Shown: piece after piece, positions 1-10,652 of the stretch
How the letters are laid out: each line of letters starts with the position of its first letter
How positions within the stretch are numbered: the stretch's first letter is position 1
DNA from: Sulfolobales archaeon HS-7
Lineage (GTDB): Archaea; Thermoproteota; Thermoprotei_A; Sulfolobales; Sulfolobaceae
Reading direction: 5' to 3'
Assembly: GCA_019704295.1 (NCBI GenBank)
Contig: AP024596.1
Coordinates: 352,001 to 416,000, forward strand
Length of the DNA stretch: 64,000 bases
Notes under the pieces: model-generated
Seen by the model: only the letters and a program-made list of their open reading frames with translations
Databases searched by the model: none
What the model was told of the DNA's origin: nothing
Program-made: the position numbers and the translations under genes

Positions 1-1801
1 TTTTCTTAGCGACTAAACTGTTGAGCCTAACAAGTAATGACGAAATTGGAATTCTTGCTGGACATACGCCATCACAAAGTCCGCATTTATGACATCCGGA
101 AAGTTCTGCTATAGCCGAGTCTGGTATATCAACTCCACCAGAGAGGTGATAATCCGATATTGCGCCCTTAACGAAGTCGAACATACCTTTTGGGGCATAG
201 GGCATTTGAGGTATTAACCTATATTGTGGACAAACTGTAACACACATTGCGCAGTCGATGCACTTCATTGCGTAATCCGCGAAGATATCCATGTATTTCT
301 TAGCATTTTTGAACCCTTCATCAGGGCCGCCCCTGCTTACAGCTTTTACCAATCCAACTGCAAACTTAAACGTTAATGCCTCCTTTTGCTTTTGAACTAT
401 ATCGTTTACTGCCTTCGCCCTAATCTTTGTGTCGAAAACTTTCCCAGGATTAAATAGCTCCTCTGGATCGTTTTCTTCCTTATATTTTCGGATTTCCTCG
501 TACCTGTCAACACCCTTTTCCTGAAAAGTTTTCCCCATGGCGTTAAGCCTGTTACGTGCGTATTGATGGACGAAAATCCCGACTGAAAGCATGGAACCAC
601 CGGCTTTAATCATTTCCTCCATCATGAAGGTGTTCTTCGCCAACTCGTAGAGGATCTTCTTATCCTCGGGCGGTAACTCCGACTGCACAAAGGCGTTTAC
701 CAATAAAACCTCCCTTCTTTCAAGGTCAATGTCGAGATCAAAGCCGTTGTCTATATCTCCAAGTTTACCAAGATTCTTCTCCATGCTCTGCACGAAATCT
801 CTCAATTTAGTGTAACTTAATAGTCCGTGCTGATGTATCAAAAGCCCTTTACTTCTCAACGCTGCAACTACACCGTGATTAAATGACCACCATCCTGTCC
901 ACTCTCCCTCGAAAATCCTTCCCTCTAGATTATTTGCAATTCTCTTTATCTTCGGCTCTACTAACATTGACCTTTGTGCAGGATACAATATTACCATATT
1001 CCACACGTTCGGTTCTAATGGTGCCTTAAAGTTCCTATATACATAAGATGATATAGACGGTCCTCTAACTTGAACGTGCCACGCTGGAATTGCCTCTCTA
1101 TAAAACTCCATTATTGCATCGTATGCTTTCGTGAAAGAATCAAAGGCTATCGTCATAGCTTCTGTTGCTGAGAAAGGCCTTAATTTTAAACCGATTTCAG
1201 TAATTAAACCAGTTGTACCCTCCGCCCCGCACACTCTTGCCAAACCGTTTCCTGATAAAGTTATGTACTCCCCCTTGGGATTGACCATCTTTACGTAATT
1301 AACGTTATCACAAATGAATCCGTACTCATATGAACCTATTCCGAGGACGTCTCCCGCAACTCCCCCACCTACTGAGGAATCATAGGAGGATGGAAAAGTA
1401 CGCAACTGCATTCCTTTTTGTTGAGCGTAAAGGTCAACTAACTTCCATGTAGCTCCAGGACCTACTACAGCATCCTTTAATTCCGGGTTTACTACTACCT
1501 TGTCCATCTTTGAAAAGTCCACTGTTATTCCTCCGTCGGTGGGAATAGCATTACCATATCTATTCGAACCTCTCCCATAGGGAGTTATTGGGACTTTATA
1601 TTTAGTAGCAATCTTAACCAGATCAATCACGTCCTCCACAGTTTCGGGATAAACGACGTAATCAGGAATTATTTTTATCTTGATCCCACTCCACACTAAC
1701 TGAGGGACGAAGCCTAAATCTGCTGAGTGAGCGTACCTTTCCACTATAGACTCCGAGAAATTGTCCCCAAACCTATCAGAAAGCTCTGTCCTTATAGACA
1801 T
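1..1801 (-). CDS. FAD-binding and 4Fe-4S dicluster oxidoreductase (GlcD/GlcF-like fusion), runs off left edge
   Basis: Not in ORF track because there is no stop in the window. Manual translation from ATG 1801: MSIRTELSDRFGDNFS...PDYVVYPETVEDV...PITPYGRGSNRYG. Ferredoxin motifs CIDCAMCVTVCP (~235-265) and CHKCGLCDGVCP (~60-95). Confidence 0.85.
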   Translation of the reverse strand, partial: MSIRTELSDRFGDNFSESIVERYAHSADLGFVPQLVWSGIKIKIIPDYVVYPETVEDVIDLVKIATKYKVPITPYGRGSNRYGNAIPTDGGITVDFSKMDKVVVNPELKDAVVGPGATWKLVDLYAQQKGMQLRTFPSSYDSSVGGGVAGDVLGIGSYEYGFICDNVNYVKMVNPKGEYITLSGNGLARVCGAEGTTGLITEIGLKLRPFSATEAMTIAFDSFTKAYDAIMEFYREAIPAWHVQVRGPSISSYVYRNFKAPLEPNVWNMVILYPAQRSMLVEPKIKRIANNLEGRIFEGEWTGWWSFNHGVVAALRSKGLLIHQHGLLSYTKLRDFVQSMEKNLGKLGDIDNGFDLDIDLERREVLLVNAFVQSELPPEDKKILYELAKNTFMMEEMIKAGGSMLSVGIFVHQYARNRLNAMGKTFQEKGVDRYEEIRKYKEENDPEELFNPGKVFDTKIRAKAVNDIVQKQKEALTFKFAVGLVKAVSRGGPDEGFKNAKKYMDIFADYAMKCIDCAMCVTVCPQYRLIPQMPYAPKGMFDFVKGAISDYHLSGGVDIPDSAIAELSGCHKCGLCDGVCPARIPISSLLVRLNSLVAKK

Positions 1802-2123
1802 TATAGGTTCCTTATCTATTTTCTCACTTTTATATTTTTATGTATAATGTTCTTAAATAATAACTACGTATGTGATCGTGAGTATTACGTTTACCCAATA
1901 GTTGTAACTAGATGTACTCCTACAACACTTACCAGAGTTTTTCAGGCACTACATCACTAGATGAGAAGCAATAAAAGATTTTCAATTCTGACAAGCTAAT
2001 CCAAAACAGGTGTTAACGCTAGCAAAGGTCAGGGGAGTCCTACCTTTCTATAGAGAATTACATATTCCCGCAAACGGGATCTTTCTCTCCGTTAACTGCT
2101 TAATAGTTAAAGAAGCAGAGAAC

Positions 2124-2921
2124 TTAAATGACTCTCACTTTGAAGCTGAATTCCCTTCTCTCCTCCGGCTTGAGAATAGTTAATCCTATCCCGTTATGGA
2201 ACGCATCAGGTATTCCCGACATGGGTTCTATGGCCACTGCACCATTAACTCCAGTATAAATCTGAACGTAGGGCATCTCCTGTCTTTCTAAGATTACTGT
2301 TAAATGCGAAGACGTAAGTTTGACTTCTCCTTGGATCAAGAAACAGTCGTCAAAGTTTCCATTCCCATCTAGATTCACATCAACTGTTTGTCCCGTAGGT
2401 ATATTATTCTGAGAAAGATATTTTTTCCCCTTTGCAATTACCTTCCAATCTTCATTCACCACAAAGTAAGGATGCGCACCGACAGTAAGGGGGGCGTTTT
2501 TCATTCCTATATTCCTGATCTCGTAAGAAACTTGAACATCAGATGAGGCAAATCTGTACTCAATTTTGGAGAGTAGAAGTGAAGGGTAGCCGGGATTCTC
2601 TAGTACAGTGCGTAATCTTACCGTATTTTCAGTTATCCTTTCAAATTCCCATTTCACGTCCTTCCCAAACCCGTGGATTGCATTTCCCTCCCTATTTTTA
2701 GAAAGTTCATAAACAACCCCCTCGAATTCGTAGCTTCCCCCTTTTATCCTATTAGCAAAGGGTAAAAGGTTAGCCATTCCACCGTGAGTCTGATCGTCTA
2801 CATTCCCTGGAAGTAGAACGTTCTTGTTCTCATATTCAAGTCGTGATAGATATGCGCCTAGTTTATGAATTTCTGCGTACCACTTGCCGTAGTTTAACCT
2901 TAGATCCGGCTCTTTTTGCAC
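2124..2921 (-). CDS. aldose 1-epimerase family protein
   Basis: LLPFANRI, NAIHG, GAHPYF, FDDCF, AIEPMS motifs. Confidence 0.85.
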   Translation of the reverse strand: MQKEPDLRLNYGKWYAEIHKLGAYLSRLEYENKNVLLPGNVDDQTHGGMANLLPFANRIKGGSYEFEGVVYELSKNREGNAIHGFGKDVKWEFERITENTVRLRTVLENPGYPSLLLSKIEYRFASSDVQVSYEIRNIGMKNAPLTVGAHPYFVVNEDWKVIAKGKKYLSQNNIPTGQTVDVNLDGNGNFDDCFLIQGEVKLTSSHLTVILERQEMPYVQIYTGVNGAVAIEPMSGIPDAFHNGIGLTILKPEERREFSFKVRVI

Positions 2922-5119
2922 GACTCAACCACCTTCATTACATACTCAGGAGTAATGGGAACTTCTACGTCCTTTATTACGCAGTCCAAGTAATCCTCCA
3001 GGGCATTTACTATAGCAGCGGGGGGAACTGTCGCTCCTCCTTCAGCAACGCCCTTAGTTCCCAGAGGAGTATAAGGAGATGGGGAGGTTAAGTGTTCAAT
3101 TTCGAAGTTGACGGATTCGACTGCAGACGGGATAGCGTAGTCCCCAAAGTTAGTTGCAAGTGGGATACCGTCGTCATTATACCTTATCATCTCTAACGTA
3201 GCTGCGCCAATACCCATCATTGTCCCCCCCATCAGTTGACCATCCACGATCATGGGGTTAATCATCCTACCAGCATCGCTGACTATTCTGTATCTCTTAA
3301 TCGAAATCCTGTAGTCTTCTAGGAGCTCAATTACGGCTAGATGAGCGTTAACCCCGTAAGTTGTAGAGAAGTTCACCCTCCTTAAATCGTCCACTACGTT
3401 GACGTTCTGGGAGTTTATGGTATGAGAGACCTCAAGGGGAAAGAAGTATCCAGGTCTGTTATAAGCAATGTTTGCAAGTTCCTTTACGCTAATTCTCCTT
3501 TCTCCGTTTACCTTTACCCAGCCATTTTCTAGCGAAAGGGTTTTCCTCTCTACGTTAAGAACCTTTGAGGCAAGATCGAGTAGTTTATCTCTCATTTTCA
3601 GTGATGCTTCATAGACGGCTGAGATCCCGACTACTGCGAACCGGCTCCCATAAAATCCCGTACCTGGAGGTCCGTCTGTATCTCCTAGCTTTATCGTAAT
3701 ATCCTCAACTCCTAAGACACTTGATACCACCTGGTAAATTGAGGTTTCATGTCCAGTGCCCACGGAGTTGGAACTCATGTAGACTACGACGTCCCCTCCA
3801 CTATCTATTTTTATGTAAACCCCCTCATAATATGGCGTACGAGGTTTATCTACAACCAAGGTTTGGAAAGCTAAGGAAGAGCCAGGCTCAAGAGCAAACG
3901 CTATGCCTTTTCCCCTTTCATTTACATTATCGCTCAGCAATTTGAGCGCCCTGCTATAATCTCCGCTGTCGTAAATTGCTCCCGTGATCGTTGTAAAGGG
4001 CAATTCCCTTATGAAGTTCTTCAATCTGATCTCCTCCTGAGAAATTCCCAGAGTTCTCGCGAGAGAACTCACTAGGTTTTCCAAAACCAAAACTGCAGGA
4101 GGAATTCCCAGTCCCCTATAAGGACCTGTAGGTGGTTTATTTGTGAGTACTCCCTTCACCATAAAGGTAAGTCCCTTTACATTATACGCTCCAGTAAGAT
4201 GATATATTTGCCTCAAAATGGGTAGAGGCTGGTAAGTGTGCATGTATGCCCCGAAATCCTCCAGGAGTTCAACCTCCAGACCGGTAATCCTTTGTCCCTC
4301 GTAGTATATTCTGGCCCTGTACTTCCTATCAGGTCCGTGAACAGCGGCACTTATGTGTTCAGTTCTCGTCTCTACGTATTTAACAGGTCTTCTCGTTAAG
4401 AAGGATGCTACGGCAGCCATTGCTAAGGGTCTGAGGTATATTTTTCCCCCGAATCCTCCGCCAGAATCCGGTACTATTATCCTTATTTTGCTCCGCGGAA
4501 TATTCAAAATAATACTTAATGCGGTCCTGAATACCTGAGGCAGCTGTGTGTTTGCGTATAACGTTAGTTTTTCATTATCGTAGTTCGCCAGTACGGCATT
4601 TGGTTCTATTGGTGCAGGAGAGTTCCTGTTATACCTAAAGGTTTTTTCTATGAAATCTCCTTCAGGCTTTTCCCCATATGTGAAAACGTCATTGTAAATT
4701 AGATTTGGAACGCCCTCATGGATTGGTTCAGAGGAGATTGACTTCTCGGGCTCAATCAAGGGAGGTAGTGGATCCCACTCTACATCGACGGATTCGGTGA
4801 TGTCCTCCAAGTCGTACCTGTCTCTTGCAAGGACTAAGGCAACTGGCTCCCCCACGTAATTGGCTACCTCTTTTGGTAAAACGTATTCCCTTGGCGCCCC
4901 TCTGAAAAAGAAGTTCGGGAATGGGAGGAAGTTCTTGACATCGTCGAAAGTCAGAATTCTTCGATCCCCTTTCGTTATCAACTTGAACTTAGCCCTAGGG
5001 AAGGGAGACCTAACCACACCTAGGTAAAGAGTACCAGGAATATGTATATCATCTACAAAATTACCACGACCTGTAAGGAATCTAACATCCTCAACCCTTC
5101 TGATCGGCTTTCCGATCAA
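2900..5119 (-). CDS. xanthine dehydrogenase/CoxL-CutL family molybdopterin-binding large subunit
   Basis: RVEDVRFLTGRGNFVDD, GGGFGGK, YRGLG, GTKGVAEGG; TTG start. Confidence 0.9.
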   Translation of the reverse strand: MIGKPIRRVEDVRFLTGRGNFVDDIHIPGTLYLGVVRSPFPRAKFKLITKGDRRILTFDDVKNFLPFPNFFFRGAPREYVLPKEVANYVGEPVALVLARDRYDLEDITESVDVEWDPLPPLIEPEKSISSEPIHEGVPNLIYNDVFTYGEKPEGDFIEKTFRYNRNSPAPIEPNAVLANYDNEKLTLYANTQLPQVFRTALSIILNIPRSKIRIIVPDSGGGFGGKIYLRPLAMAAVASFLTRRPVKYVETRTEHISAAVHGPDRKYRARIYYEGQRITGLEVELLEDFGAYMHTYQPLPILRQIYHLTGAYNVKGLTFMVKGVLTNKPPTGPYRGLGIPPAVLVLENLVSSLARTLGISQEEIRLKNFIRELPFTTITGAIYDSGDYSRALKLLSDNVNERGKGIAFALEPGSSLAFQTLVVDKPRTPYYEGVYIKIDSGGDVVVYMSSNSVGTGHETSIYQVVSSVLGVEDITIKLGDTDGPPGTGFYGSRFAVVGISAVYEASLKMRDKLLDLASKVLNVERKTLSLENGWVKVNGERRISVKELANIAYNRPGYFFPLEVSHTINSQNVNVVDDLRRVNFSTTYGVNAHLAVIELLEDYRISIKRYRIVSDAGRMINPMIVDGQLMGGTMMGIGAATLEMIRYNDDGIPLATNFGDYAIPSAVESVNFEIEHLTSPSPYTPLGTKGVAEGGATVPPAAIVNALEDYLDCVIKDVEVPITPEYVMKVVESCKKSRI

Positions 5120-6294
5120 ATTCTTAACCCCAATTTCCTGTAAATGGTTCTGGCGACAGTAAGTTTTTGAATATCATTAGTTCCTTCATAAGTCATTAAT
5201 ATCTGAGCGTCCCTGAGATATCTTTCCGCACCTCCTTTCGAAACGCCGTATCCTCCCATTACGTTTTCCGCCCTTTGTGCAACCCTATTAGCGACGTCTG
5301 TAGCAACGTATTTGGCAATGGACGCCGCTGGTATTCCGTCATCCATATTTCCCTTCATTATCAGGTTTGCAGCCCAATAGGTGAGGAGTCTGGCGTAAGC
5401 GACCTCCGCTATGGATTCGGCAACCTTTTCTTGAATGAGCTGAAACTCTGCGATCTTTCTGTCAAACGCTGTTCTCGACATGGAGTAAGTGATCATCTTT
5501 TCCAGAGCTGCCTGAGCTAATCCAACGCCTTGAGCTGCTACAACAACTCTGGAATAATCGAAAGCCTCCAAGGTGTGTTTGAATCCCATTCCCTCCTCCC
5601 CAATCATGTTCTCCTCGGGAACTTCTGCATCCTCAAACGAAAGCTCTGCGGTATTTGATGCCCTTAAACCTACAGTGTCAATCCTGCTGATTATCTTTAC
5701 CTGCTCCTTTTCAACGATAAAGAGTGAAATTCCCTTCCATCTCTTCCCCTCCTCAGGTGGGGAGGTCCTCGCTGAAACCACAATGTAATCCGCTATTCCA
5801 CCATTACTTATGAATATCTTCCTTCCGTTTATTACGTATTCATTACCCACTTTCTTCGCGTAAGTTTTTATTCCGGCCACATCAGAACCCGCTCCAGGCT
5901 CCGTGTTGGCGAACGCGCCTATCTTTTGACCTTTTGCAACAGGAGGGACATATTTTTCCGCTATTCTTCCTGAACCATAGGTCTGAACAGCGTGTATGTA
6001 AAGCCAGTTTATGAATAAATGGGTTGAGAATGATGTCCATACTCTGCTGAGCTCCTCTGAGGCAATCGCTTGGGAGAGGAGGTCACCCCCCTGCCCTCCG
6101 AGTTCTGGTTTTGCGTTAAGACCATAAAGCCCCAATTTCACTACCTTAGCCTTTAGCTCAGCGGGTATTTCCCCCTTTAACTCTCCTTCCTCCACATATT
6201 TCGTAACCTCACTTTCACAAAAGTCCTTTATTGTACTCCTCAGGATCTCATGTTCTTCCGAAATGTCTACTTTAAAATCTCTAAAGGGAATCAT
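5116..6294 (-). CDS. acyl-CoA dehydrogenase
   Basis: FANTEPGAGSD, INGRKIFISNG, YEGTNDIQ. Confidence 0.93.
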   Translation of the reverse strand: MIPFRDFKVDISEEHEILRSTIKDFCESEVTKYVEEGELKGEIPAELKAKVVKLGLYGLNAKPELGGQGGDLLSQAIASEELSRVWTSFSTHLFINWLYIHAVQTYGSGRIAEKYVPPVAKGQKIGAFANTEPGAGSDVAGIKTYAKKVGNEYVINGRKIFISNGGIADYIVVSARTSPPEEGKRWKGISLFIVEKEQVKIISRIDTVGLRASNTAELSFEDAEVPEENMIGEEGMGFKHTLEAFDYSRVVVAAQGVGLAQAALEKMITYSMSRTAFDRKIAEFQLIQEKVAESIAEVAYARLLTYWAANLIMKGNMDDGIPAASIAKYVATDVANRVAQRAENVMGGYGVSKGGAERYLRDAQILMTYEGTNDIQKLTVARTIYRKLGLRI

Positions 6295-6849
6295 AAACTA
6301 GAGTACGTAATAGCAAGTATTAATGCTTAGTTAAGCTCCGTTATCTTAATGGGAACCATTAAGGAAGAACTGTGCAAATAGTCTCCTAGACTTAAATCAT
6401 AATAACTAAGGACATTCTTCAGTCAAAATCAGAGTAAGAGCTAACGAGATAGCCTAGCGGAGCTTTATGTTGCACCCCATTCTCAGATAATATAAACTAT
6501 TATTACCAGTTGTTTTAGTTTCCCTCGGCAATACTTAATTTTCGGCGTTATCAGGAAAGTTTTTAGATTGATATCTCTTTGAGTGAAAAAGCATTGCGAG
6601 TTTCCCTATAATTATTGAAATACTTCTATGAGGTACCATTAATTTTATGAAAATATTTAAGATACGTTAAAGTAGAAAAACTACAGTTATTATAATTATT
6701 TATATGTTATTACAATAATTTATAATTAGTCACATCGTTGACGGTTAAGACAATATGCTTAATTTTCGTAAAATTTAGAATATTGCCGATATTCTTCTTG
6801 TCAAAGCCCTTCACTATATTCTTTAAATCAGGCTGTGATAAGTACAAAT

Positions 6850-8088
6850 ATGGAAGTTTCCATAGAGAGGGAATTCGAAAGGAATTTTCAAGCAAAGTTC
6901 ATAACGCTTCCAGGAGAACTTGAGAAAGCTTCAAGCGCCCCTTACCTCGTATCACCTGTAATATCGAGAATGGGGAAAAAGGCTATAGGGCTAATTAAGG
7001 CTGAATGTGATGAGGACGTCTTGAATGTAATAAGATTATGCAATAGGTATAGAATTCCGCTAGTTGCTAGAGGTAACGGGACATCAACTATAGGACAGGT
7101 GATCCCGTTGAGGGAGTCAATCGTCATAGACGTTAATCAACTTAACAAAGAAATTTCTGCTAATGATACCTCAATTCGGCTATCACCTGGAGTTAGGGTT
7201 AAGGATGCGTTAAATTACCTTAGAAAAAGGGGAAAGGAACTAAGGGTATATCCGAGTAGCTTCTACATTTCTACTATAGGAGGATACGTGGCGGGAGGGG
7301 ATGTGGGAATAGGTTCGTATCAATACGGTTATTACTTCGATAACCACGGAGTACTTCGAGCTACAGTAGCTGGAGTTAACGGTAAGGAAGAACTCTCTGG
7401 AAGTAAAGTATTAGGGATTGCACAGGCTGCCGGGGCGAACGGGATCGTATTAAGCGTTGACCTGCCAATTATTGACGTTGAAGAATGGCGAGATCAGATA
7501 CTAAGTTTTGATTCCCTGCATGATGTCGTCAACTTTCTCAAAAACGCTGAGAACTTCAGGGAGAAAATAAGGAGAATAACAATTGAGGATTTCGCTACTC
7601 TGTCCATTGTATCAGGTGGAAGAGTTAATGAACTTAAAGAGTGGAATGTAATAGTCGCTTCTGTTTTGGACTTTGGAAGGGAAGTTGAACTCAAGTTCCT
7701 GGACGAATTAGCATTTGCCGCAATTTATGTCACCCTAAGTAGACTTACTAAGTTTACCCAATATTTTTACGAGGTTAGACTTTTAAACCTCCCCAGCTTT
7801 CTCTCCGTAGTAAGCCAGGTAAAAAAGGCACTAGGTAATAGCGTCTTAATTCACGGCGACGTCATGACGCTTAGGAAGGAGACAGTAGTTTACACCGTAT
7901 TTGTATCGGAAAGGAACAACTTCCCATTAATTGACGAGATCATGAGGAAGGAGGGGATTCCCTTTGAGATTCACTCAGTCGAGGTTAATGATAGGGTAGA
8001 TGAACCTTGGAGACTTGAGCTGATGAAATCTCTAAAGAAGGAATTAGATCCTCACGACATATTTAATCCAGGGAAGTTGAGAATATGA
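6850..8088 (+). CDS. FAD-binding oxidoreductase (FAD_binding_4/VAO family)
   Basis: ARGNGTSTIGQ, STIGGYVAGG, LDPHDIFNPGK. ATG 6850 preferred over 6835 because TTTAAA lies ~25 bp upstream. Confidence 0.85.
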   Translation: MEVSIEREFERNFQAKFITLPGELEKASSAPYLVSPVISRMGKKAIGLIKAECDEDVLNVIRLCNRYRIPLVARGNGTSTIGQVIPLRESIVIDVNQLNKEISANDTSIRLSPGVRVKDALNYLRKRGKELRVYPSSFYISTIGGYVAGGDVGIGSYQYGYYFDNHGVLRATVAGVNGKEELSGSKVLGIAQAAGANGIVLSVDLPIIDVEEWRDQILSFDSLHDVVNFLKNAENFREKIRRITIEDFATLSIVSGGRVNELKEWNVIVASVLDFGREVELKFLDELAFAAIYVTLSRLTKFTQYFYEVRLLNLPSFLSVVSQVKKALGNSVLIHGDVMTLRKETVVYTVFVSERNNFPLIDEIMRKEGIPFEIHSVEVNDRVDEPWRLELMKSLKKELDPHDIFNPGKLRI

Positions 8089-8966
8089 TCCTTCGTTCCA
8101 TGATGAACGTAATAGAATTGCTAGAGTCCTCCGAACCTATAGACGCTCTGAAAAAGGAGATTCCAGGATTACAGGTAATGGAAAAGGGGGAGGTCTCATT
8201 TATTAAATACAAGTACGGTGATGGTAAGCCCATTGAAATATTGGGTAGACTAGGTGCGGTCCAAATGAAGGGTGAATACGGTTTAGTTTCTGATGCTGAC
8301 GGGGCGATCGTGGCATTAACTGTTCTGCTCGAACTACTTAACCTTAAGAGAAAGGGGATCTCGATACCAGGTTCTGTTGTCATATCTACGAGTATATCAC
8401 TAGATGCCGGACTAATTGAACATAAGCCCTTTAAGTTCATGGTACCAAAAATAGGGTTAGAGGACGCGTTACCTATAGAGGTAGAAAGGGACGCTGAGCT
8501 AGTGATATCAGTCGATTCAACGAAGGGAAACAACCTAGTGAAATTCGACGATTTCGCATTGACTCACGTTGTATTTGGCGGGTATTTGTTAAGACTTAGG
8601 GATGAAGTCATAGAGCTATACAAAAGGGTAACTGGGCACGAAATATATATGCTAGCCCTCACTACTGGGGATCTCACACCAATGGAGTTTAAGGTAAATC
8701 ACGTAAGCACTCTTGTGACACCATGGTTATATACGAACTCACCCCTCATTGGTTTGGCTACAGTATCTAAACAGGTTATTCCAGGTTACGTCACAGGTGT
8801 TCAGGACTTTCTCATGCTGGAAAGGTCGGCTCGCTTCTGTCTAGAAATGATAAAGTATGTGGGAAAAGGAGGTAAGGTATATTATGAGGAGGAATTATCT
8901 GAATTACTCAGCAAGTTAGGGGATAACGAATTGGCGAAACTGAGGAGGGAACGTGGAATACCTTGA
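8085..8966 (+). CDS. DUF1177 family protein
   Basis: GRLGAV...GLVSDADGAIVAL and SVDSTKGN motifs; ATGA overlap with upstream gene. Confidence 0.75.
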   Translation: MILRSMMNVIELLESSEPIDALKKEIPGLQVMEKGEVSFIKYKYGDGKPIEILGRLGAVQMKGEYGLVSDADGAIVALTVLLELLNLKRKGISIPGSVVISTSISLDAGLIEHKPFKFMVPKIGLEDALPIEVERDAELVISVDSTKGNNLVKFDDFALTHVVFGGYLLRLRDEVIELYKRVTGHEIYMLALTTGDLTPMEFKVNHVSTLVTPWLYTNSPLIGLATVSKQVIPGYVTGVQDFLMLERSARFCLEMIKYVGKGGKVYYEEELSELLSKLGDNELAKLRRERGIP

Positions 8967-10119
8967 CATACTTAAGGATCTAATTGAAATACCTACGTAT
9001 AATCCACCTGGAGTTAACTACTGGAAAATCTCAAACTACCTTCTCTCTCGCCTTAAAGAGGCCGGTTTTGACGTAAGTCTAATGGAGATTCCTGAGACAG
9101 AACTCAATTCCAAATACGTCTATTCCCCTCTTCATAAGGGAAATCCTAGGTATGTAGTATTAGCAAGAAGGGGAGAAGGTAAACCTGTTCTACATTTTAA
9201 CGCGCATTACGACACTGTTCCTGCAGGTGATGGGTGGGAACATGACCCATTTTCAGCTACCGTGATTGACGGGAAGTGCTTCGGAAGAGGTACAGCTGAC
9301 GTGAAAGGAGGAATCTCAGCCATCTTAGAGACAGTTAAGACGGAATTTTCAGGCACACTTGAGGTATCATTCGTTCCTGATGAGGAAAGTGGAGGACTCG
9401 GCACTTCCTACTTAATGGAGAAGATACCTCCTCCAGATTTTGCGATTTTAGCAGAGCCCAGCTTTCCCAACCTTTTCATAGGACATAAGGGAATTCTCAG
9501 AGGAACGATAACCGTTCTGGGTCAACAAGCTCACTGTAGTAGACCGTGGTTAGGTCTTAACGCATTTACCGAGGGAAGTAAGTTCGCACTTCTTTTTCTA
9601 CAGAAATATGAGAAAATCCTAAGAACAAAGACTACTGCGTATGAAACTGAGGTGGAAAAGGATAAATATCCTTCAATTAACATTGGAGGCATTACCAGTA
9701 GTTCACCTGGTAACGACGGGGTAGTTCCCTCAAAGTTTGAATTTTCTTTTGTGAGGATGACGCTACCTGAGGAGTCCGAACCTAAGGAGGAAATAGTTAA
9801 AATCGGGGATGAAATTGGGAAGGAATTACACCTAAACTATCGCTTAACTTTCAAGTCTTATTCACCAGGAATGGTCGAAATTTCCCCATTCACGAACCTG
9901 GCTTACGAATGTGCTAAGAAAGTGATTAATGACAATATTAGGGAATTAGTAGCGCCGTTAAGATATGATGGTTACTTCTACAGGGCTAAGGGAACGCATA
10001 CAGTTAACTTTGGTCCAGGAAGACTTGAGAACGCTCATGCAGTTAACGAATATGTTTCGCTGAGGGAGATCGAATTATCAATCCTTGTTTACCAATGCAT
10101 AATGAAGAAGATCTTGTAA
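8953..10119 (+). CDS. M20 family metallopeptidase/deacylase (ArgE/DapE-like)
   Basis: NAHYDTVP, GRGTADVKGG, PDEESGG, AEPS, NAHAVNE. Confidence 0.9.
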   Translation: MEYLDILKDLIEIPTYNPPGVNYWKISNYLLSRLKEAGFDVSLMEIPETELNSKYVYSPLHKGNPRYVVLARRGEGKPVLHFNAHYDTVPAGDGWEHDPFSATVIDGKCFGRGTADVKGGISAILETVKTEFSGTLEVSFVPDEESGGLGTSYLMEKIPPPDFAILAEPSFPNLFIGHKGILRGTITVLGQQAHCSRPWLGLNAFTEGSKFALLFLQKYEKILRTKTTAYETEVEKDKYPSINIGGITSSSPGNDGVVPSKFEFSFVRMTLPEESEPKEEIVKIGDEIGKELHLNYRLTFKSYSPGMVEISPFTNLAYECAKKVINDNIRELVAPLRYDGYFYRAKGTHTVNFGPGRLENAHAVNEYVSLREIELSILVYQCIMKKIL

Positions 10120-10265
10120 CGGGAGACGTTATCTTAATAACCCTCATAGATGAACTTTCTGTCACACCCTCCTAAGAGAGATCTTAGACATAACGATAAT
10201 AGCAATAAAAAGACGTTTTCAGCTCGGTTAACCCTTTATTTTAGTTTGTCCTTAACAATTCATTC

Positions 10266-10652
10266 ATGAATAGGGATATTGGTAAGTCTGCAGAAAGGGA
10301 ACTGGTTCATCTGCTGTCATCAATGGGGTTCAGGGCAGTGCGAATACCCACTTCAAATTCCTCTATGAATCCCCTTCCCGATGTTTTCGCCGTAAGGGGT
10401 GAACTTCTTTTAGCTTTTGAGGTGAAAAGCACATGGGAGAAAAAGCTTAAGATAAGAGAGATTCAAGTGGAAAAGGTCAGGGATTTCCTTTCACTTTTCC
10501 CTATGAGAGGGAGAGGAATAGTAGCAGTTAAATTCAAATCCATACATAAATGGAAGGGAATGCTAGTAGATGATTTAAATGAGGAAATAACTCTGATGAA
10601 TTCAAGAGACCTTATAGAACTCTTATCGGAGGAGGAACTACTCGTTCATTAA
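10266..10652 (+). CDS. hje: Holliday junction resolvase Hje
   Basis: [14 protein letters not shown]...[13 protein letters not shown]...EVKSTWE, which matches the Sulfolobus Hje sequence as remembered. Confidence 0.9.
   Translation: MNRDIGKSAERELVHLLSSMGFRAVRIPTSNSSMNPLPDVFAVRGELLLAFEVKSTWEKKLKIREIQVEKVRDFLSLFPMRGRGIVAVKFKSIHKWKGMLVDDLNEEITLMNSRDLIELLSEEELLVH

Noticed and set aside
406-1960. ORF-track calls 406-600 and 1727-1960
   Set aside because: Shadows of the long edge-truncated FAD/Fe-S gene at 1-1801
2900-5119. Aerobic CO dehydrogenase CoxL
   Set aside because: Lacks the AYxCSFR active-site motif and has no coxM/coxS neighbours
10638-10652. Convergent 3' overlap of hje and the FAD dehydrogenase gene
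   Set aside because: Short tail-to-tail overlaps are routine in compact archaeal genomes and recur at 30211-30219 and 61495-61501
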